This document shows, piece after piece, positions 15,698 to 20,000 of a stretch of 20,000 bases of DNA (the first letter of the stretch is position 1; every line of letters starts with the position of its first letter). The notes under the pieces were generated by a model. It worked only from the letters and a program-made list of their open reading frames with translations. It was not told where the DNA came from and made no database searches. The position numbers and the translations under genes were made by a program. Origin of the DNA: an uncultured virus (IMG/VR IMGVR_UViG_3300006092_000199) (taxonomy: Duplodnaviria; Heunggongvirae; Uroviricota; Caudoviricetes); IMG/VR virus record IMGVR_UViG_3300006092_000199; one strand, given 5' to 3'.

Positions 15698-18072
15698 TTG
15701 AAGTGACGCAGGCACAGAACCAGGAGGTCGCCGACTTCCTGGAGTGGTTCTATCCGGGCGGGCCGTGGGGCCTCTCGGCAAAGATCGACAACAAGCAGTT
15801 CATCACCCGTGTCTTCTCGGACAAGGTCGATGCTCTCAAGTTCATCACCGAGCACAACGGTGTGAACAACATGTATCTGGCCATCAACCCCTCCATTGGC
15901 GGCGGTGACGACAAGAAGTCCAAGAAAGAGAACATCAAGGAGATGCGCTGGGTCCATGTCGACATCGACACCCGGCGCGGCGAGGACATCCCCACAGATC
16001 TCATCCGCATTCGTGGTCTGCTGACCGAGCGGTGGCCGGACCTGCCAGAGCCGAGCCTGATCGTCTTCTCAGGTGGCGGCTACTGGGTCCTGTGGCGACT
16101 TGACGCCCCTGTCCCGGTGAATGGCGATGAGAAGCTCGCCGAGGAGCTCGAGCTCTACAACGTCCGGATCGCGCAGATCCTCGAGGGCGACGCCTGCCAC
16201 AACCTGGACCGCGTCATGCGTCTGCCAGGGACCTGGAATTTCCCCGACGAGCGCAAGCTCAGGAAGGGGCGCAAGCCCGAGCTCAGCACCATCTTCAAGC
16301 AGAACGATGGGGTGCACAGTCTCTCCAAGTTCGCCAAGGCCGCGCCTGTCCAGTCGGGCGGCACCCTGGGCTTCAAGGCCACCGAGCAGGACAAGGTCGT
16401 GCTCAGCGGCAACGTGGCACGGGTGCAGGACCTGGAGGAGCTCAGGCAGTACAACCTGAACGATCGCACCCTGGTGATCATCCAGGGCGGTCAGGCCGGG
16501 GCCGTCGAGATCCTGGGGCCGAAGCTCGAGGGCAAGGACAACAGCCGCTCCGGCTGGCTGTTCGAGGGCGTGTGCTCCATGGTCCGGGCCAAGGTGCCAG
16601 ATGAGACCATCTACGCCATCCTGATGGACCCCGCGTGGGGGATCAGTGAGTCGATCATCGACAAGGAGAACCCACACAAGCACGCCGTCCACACGATTGA
16701 GCGTGCCAAGGCTGTGGCCCGCGATCCCATCCTCGCTGAGATGAATGCACAGTTCGCTGTCATCGGCTCGATAGGCGGCAAGTGCCGGATCATCGAGGAG
16801 GTCGAGGACCACGCCCTGGGCCGGACCCGTCTCGTCAAGCAGACCTTCGAGGACTTTGCCAACAGGTGGAAGCACAAGAAGGTCGAGATGATGGGGAAGG
16901 ACGGACCCATCTATGTGCCCATGGGCAAGTGGTGGACCGAGCACGCCGAGCGTCGCCAGTACGACAGCATCGTGTTCCTGCCGAAGCGCGACCCGCCGAA
17001 CGTCTACAACCTGTGGCGCGGCTTCGCTGTGGAGCCTCGCCCAGGGAGCTGCGACCTGTACCTGGCGCACCTTCGGGACGTCGTCTGCGGCGGGAACCTG
17101 GAGCACTATGAGTACCTGCTCGACTGGATGGCCTGGGCCGTCCAGGAGCCTGGCAAGGCGGGCGAGGTCGCGGTGGTGCTCAGGGGCGACCAGGGAACGG
17201 GCAAGGGCCTGACCATCAAGGTCTTCGGCCACCTGTTCGGTCGACACTTCCTCCAGATCTCCGACAGCAAGCACCTGACGGGCAACTTCAACGTCCACCT
17301 GCGAGACGCGGTGGTGGTCTTCGCCGACGAGGCATTCTACGCTGGCGACAAGAAGCATGAGAGCATTCTCAAGACCCTGGTCACGGAGCCCACCCTGATG
17401 ATTGAAGGAAAGGGTGTCGATGCCGAGGTCGCACCCAACTGCATCCACCTGATGATGGCGTCCAACTCAAACTGGGTTGTCCCGGCTGGCAAGTTCGAGC
17501 GCCGCTACTTCGTGCTCGATGTCCAGTCCACTCATCGCCAGGACACGCTCTACTTTGGCGCCATGATGAAGCAGCTCGAGGAGGGTGGCTACAACGCTCT
17601 GCTCCTGATGCTCCAGGGCCGGAGCGTCGACGTCCACCGCGTCCGGCAGGTGCCCAAGACCGAGGCCCTCAGTCGTCAGCAGGACTTCACCCTCTCGTAC
17701 GAGGAGAGCTGGTGGTTCGAGAAGCTGCAGCTCGGCGAGCTCTTCCCTGGGCAGGGCTGGCCGAAGGAGATCGTGAAGGACGACCTGTACCGGGACTGGC
17801 TCAACCACGCCAAGAACCTGAACGTCTACCGCCGCCTCACTGAGACTGCCTGGAACCTGTTCATCAACGAGGTCCTGGCCGAGCCGCGCAAGATCCAGAA
17901 GCTGGTCCGTCTCAAGGAATACGACGCCGATGGTGTGGCAACTGTCCGCACCGCGCGCAAGTATGTGATCCAGCTGCCGGATGTCCACACGGCCAGGAAC
18001 CTCTGGACCCAGGCGCACGGACCCAGGAGCTGGGAGGCGCTGGAGGCCACGCCGGAGCTCGAGCTCGAGTAG
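15694..18072 (+). CDS. Primase-helicase (N-terminal RepB-like primase, C-terminal DUF5906/SF3-like P-loop helicase)
   Basis: HVDID, SGGGY and RVMRLPGTWN in the N-terminus. YNLWRGF, GDQGTGK Walker A, FADE, SN and RRYFV in the C-terminus. Confidence 0.88.
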   Translation: MIEVTQAQNQEVADFLEWFYPGGPWGLSAKIDNKQFITRVFSDKVDALKFITEHNGVNNMYLAINPSIGGGDDKKSKKENIKEMRWVHVDIDTRRGEDIPTDLIRIRGLLTERWPDLPEPSLIVFSGGGYWVLWRLDAPVPVNGDEKLAEELELYNVRIAQILEGDACHNLDRVMRLPGTWNFPDERKLRKGRKPELSTIFKQNDGVHSLSKFAKAAPVQSGGTLGFKATEQDKVVLSGNVARVQDLEELRQYNLNDRTLVIIQGGQAGAVEILGPKLEGKDNSRSGWLFEGVCSMVRAKVPDETIYAILMDPAWGISESIIDKENPHKHAVHTIERAKAVARDPILAEMNAQFAVIGSIGGKCRIIEEVEDHALGRTRLVKQTFEDFANRWKHKKVEMMGKDGPIYVPMGKWWTEHAERRQYDSIVFLPKRDPPNVYNLWRGFAVEPRPGSCDLYLAHLRDVVCGGNLEHYEYLLDWMAWAVQEPGKAGEVAVVLRGDQGTGKGLTIKVFGHLFGRHFLQISDSKHLTGNFNVHLRDAVVVFADEAFYAGDKKHESILKTLVTEPTLMIEGKGVDAEVAPNCIHLMMASNSNWVVPAGKFERRYFVLDVQSTHRQDTLYFGAMMKQLEEGGYNALLLMLQGRSVDVHRVRQVPKTEALSRQQDFTLSYEESWWFEKLQLGELFPGQGWPKEIVKDDLYRDWLNHAKNLNVYRRLTETAWNLFINEVLAEPRKIQKLVRLKEYDADGVATVRTARKYVIQLPDVHTARNLWTQAHGPRSWEALEATPELELE

Positions 18073-18094
18073 AGGCCGTCTGCTGGACCGCCTG

Positions 18095-18115
18095 AGGTGC
18101 CGTTCTAAGGCACCT
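18095..18115 (+). terminator. Intergenic hairpin after the primase gene
   Basis: AGGTGCC (18095-18101) / GGCACCT (18109-18115), 7-bp stem and 7-nt loop. No clear U tract. Confidence 0.35.
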
Positions 18116-18117
18116 GG

Positions 18118-18146
18118 TTGCCCACCGACATCCGCCGTGCCACGCT
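18118..18146 (+). promoter_or_regulatory. Putative sigma70-type promoter
   Basis: TTGCCC-N17-CACGCT with extended -10 TG at 18138-18139. Same GTTGCCCA as the 5770 candidate. Confidence 0.35.
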
Positions 18147-18171
18147 GCCCCTGTAGCAAAGGAGTGCGACG

Positions 18172-18786
18172 ATGAAGACGAACGCGATAAAATTTCGAGA
18201 GGAATGGCTGCACGAGGGGGTGCGGCGCTTCCGTCCGTGGTTCAAGGACCTCAAGGCCCCGATCCCGGACAAGGTCTATGTGAGCTGCGGCTTCCCGAAG
18301 GGTCGCCACGGCGCGGGCCAGGCGATTGGCCAGTGCTGGCCCCCGAAGTCGACGGTCGATGGCACGACGCAGATGTTCATCTGCCCGACGCAGGACGAGC
18401 CTGTGCGTGTCCTTGACATCCTCCTCCACGAGTGCGTCCACGCGGGCTGCGGAAATGAGTGCGGACACAAGGGCGAGTTCAAGCGGGTCGCCCGCGAGCT
18501 GGGCCTCGAGGGCAAGCTGACCGCGACCTTCGCCTCGCCTGGCAGCGTCCTGCACTCCAACCTGACTCAGGTGGCCAATGATCTCGGCCCCTATCCTCAC
18601 TCGGGCATGATGCTCGTGAAGAAAATCAAGAAGGAGAGCAACTGGATCCGGCTGAAGTCTCCCAACGACGACGAGTACACGCTCGTCATCTCCAAGACCT
18701 CCATCGAGGAGAAGGGATGGCCGCTGGATCCCCAGGGCGAGCAGATGATCCCGAAGAAGGGCGACTGGGAGCCTGGCGACGAATAG
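18172..18786 (+). CDS. SprT-like zinc metallopeptidase domain protein
   Basis: LLHECVH (HExxH) followed by GHKGEF...LGL. SD AAAGGAG upstream. Confidence 0.8.
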   Translation: MKTNAIKFREEWLHEGVRRFRPWFKDLKAPIPDKVYVSCGFPKGRHGAGQAIGQCWPPKSTVDGTTQMFICPTQDEPVRVLDILLHECVHAGCGNECGHKGEFKRVARELGLEGKLTATFASPGSVLHSNLTQVANDLGPYPHSGMMLVKKIKKESNWIRLKSPNDDEYTLVISKTSIEEKGWPLDPQGEQMIPKKGDWEPGDE

Positions 18787-18849
18787 CCTATAACCCACAG
18801 CCTGCGACGTGCCCCTGGCCTATACTAGGGGGCAACTAAGGAGAGACGA

Positions 18850-19032
18850 ATGGAATTTCTGTGGAAGGCGCTGGCCGTGTACCTGCTTGTCGGTGTGCTG
18901 ATCAGCATTGTTGGCAAGCAGTGGGGGCCGCTGCGTCCTGGACAGACACCCACCATGCGGTGCATCCAGCTCTTCTTCGTCATCGTGCTGTGGCTGCCGT
19001 CAATCATCCTGCTGAGCATGAAGAAGGAGTAG
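18850..19032 (+). CDS. Small predicted membrane protein (60 aa)
   Basis: Strong SD TAAGGAG at 18837-18843 and two hydrophobic segments. Confidence 0.7.
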   Translation: MEFLWKALAVYLLVGVLISIVGKQWGPLRPGQTPTMRCIQLFFVIVLWLPSIILLSMKKE

Positions 19033-19035
19033 AGC

Positions 19036-19452
19036 ATGCCCGTCTTGAACGACCCCTTTGCCCAGGTGGCAGAGTTCCACCGGACCTTTGGGCGAGAGCC
19101 TGACCCGGTGTCCATGGTGAATGGACTGCTGGACGCGAAGATCGACCTTCGCGAGGACCTGATCACCGAGGAGCTGGCCGAGCTGCGCGAGGCCATCCAG
19201 TCCGGCGACCGGGCCAAGATCCTGCAGGAGATCAGCGATCTCCACTATGTCCTGATCGGCTACTACCTCACCCTTGGCATCAGTCCCGAGCTCGCCCGCG
19301 TCGCCTTCAACGAGGTCCACTCGGCGAACATGAGCAAGCTCATGCCCGATGGCACGGTGAAGCGCCGCGAGGACGGCAAGGTGCTGAAGGGACCGAACTA
19401 CCGCCTGCCGGACCTGCACGGAGTGCTGGCCCGCTTCTATGGAGAGAGCTGA
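19036..19452 (+). CDS. MazG-like/PRA-PH dNTP pyrophosphatase (DR2231-like dUTPase family)
   Basis: VAEFH..F, EELAEL, EISDLHYV and EVHSANMSKL..DG...R.DGKVLKGPNY..PDL signature. Confidence 0.88.
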   Translation: MPVLNDPFAQVAEFHRTFGREPDPVSMVNGLLDAKIDLREDLITEELAELREAIQSGDRAKILQEISDLHYVLIGYYLTLGISPELARVAFNEVHSANMSKLMPDGTVKRREDGKVLKGPNYRLPDLHGVLARFYGES

Positions 19453-19802
19453 TGCAGTCGAAGGATGACGTGATGCCGAACGGAATGAGGATCCCGGACA
19501 TGGCCAAGGAGCCGTCCGCCCAGGCCAGGGGCGAGGAGCGGCGAGCCAGCGCCCGCCGTGCCATGCGCGCCCGCAAGAAGAGGCTCGACCCCCAGGCCTC
19601 CTGGGACATGGAGCGTGCCTTCTTCAATCACCCGGACACCAAGTTCCGGACGAACGGCACGATGGCGCGGGCCATGCACTACAACACCCTGGCAGACGCG
19701 CAGCGAGCTGCTCGGAGAGCCGCCAGGGCCACGCGCAACAGCAAGCGCCCGCCGTGCGGTCACGTGCGTGAGAAGCTGGCTCTGCTGGAGCTGGTGCGGT
19801 GA
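19452..19802 (+). CDS. Basic hypothetical protein
   Basis: TGATG coupling to the upstream gene and SD GGAGAG. Arg-rich. Confidence 0.65.
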   Translation: MQSKDDVMPNGMRIPDMAKEPSAQARGEERRASARRAMRARKKRLDPQASWDMERAFFNHPDTKFRTNGTMARAMHYNTLADAQRAARRAARATRNSKRPPCGHVREKLALLELVR

Positions 19803-20000
19803 AGGCCGCGCTCTTCGACACCTGGATCAGCTGCCTCCGGAAGCCGCACATCTGGAGGCAGTGGCGCGGCGAGCTCGAGGACCCAGAGAGCGGGAAGTGC
19901 TGCGCCCTGGGCGTGCTCATCCGCAACGACCGATGGACGAAGGGCCTGCGGCGGGTGAAGCTGCAGACCTCCGTCGACTACCAGCTCCCAGGCGGCAAGG
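19799..20000 (+). CDS. Phage hypothetical protein, 5' part (runs off the window)
   Basis: GTGA overlap and GGAG SD. Translates MKAALFDTWISCLRKPHIWRQWRGELEDPESGKCCALGVL..., resembling the phage W..ALR...Q..G.L....CC.LGV pattern. Confidence 0.6.
   Translation, partial: MKAALFDTWISCLRKPHIWRQWRGELEDPESGKCCALGVLIRNDRWTKGLRRVKLQTSVDYQLPGGK

Noticed and set aside
16069..18798. Long minus-strand ORFs (459 aa and 443 aa; similarly 13199-14434, 10124-11176, 38-1081, 3436-4383)
   Set aside because: Antisense shadows of GC3-biased + strand genes. They have no motifs or RBS and overlap well-supported genes.
1..20000. tRNA, rRNA, CRISPR, integrase or transposase
   Set aside because: None recognisable. 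Intergenic gaps are short and show no cloverleaf or repeat-spacer pattern.

Overview
GC-rich (visually about 65%) dsDNA bacteriophage segment. All credible genes are on the + strand and many are translationally coupled. It is the DNA replication, nucleotide metabolism and DNA modification region of a YuA/M6/PaMx11-like phage. The replication genes are an SSB-like protein, a Dda/RecD-like helicase, a family A DNA polymerase, a PD-(D/E)xK nuclease and a RepB-type primase-helicase. Nucleotide-pool genes are a class II ribonucleotide reductase, dCMP deaminase, two MazG-like pyrophosphatases, an HD nucleotidase and DUF3310. An apparently complete thymidine hypermodification cluster (about 6.4-11.3 kb) contains an amino acid:DNA transferase, FAD oxidoreductase, GNAT acetyltransferase, P-loop kinase, aGPT-Pplase1/5-hmdU kinase helical protein and dUMP hydroxymethylase. 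Features outside the ORF track include a 52-aa, 12-Cys metallothionein-like ORF coupled behind the RNR and a recurring hairpin+CAAC+Shine-Dalgarno leader motif. A UDG-superfamily gene also sits next to the modification cluster. Family calls come from motif recognition by eye; no searches were run.
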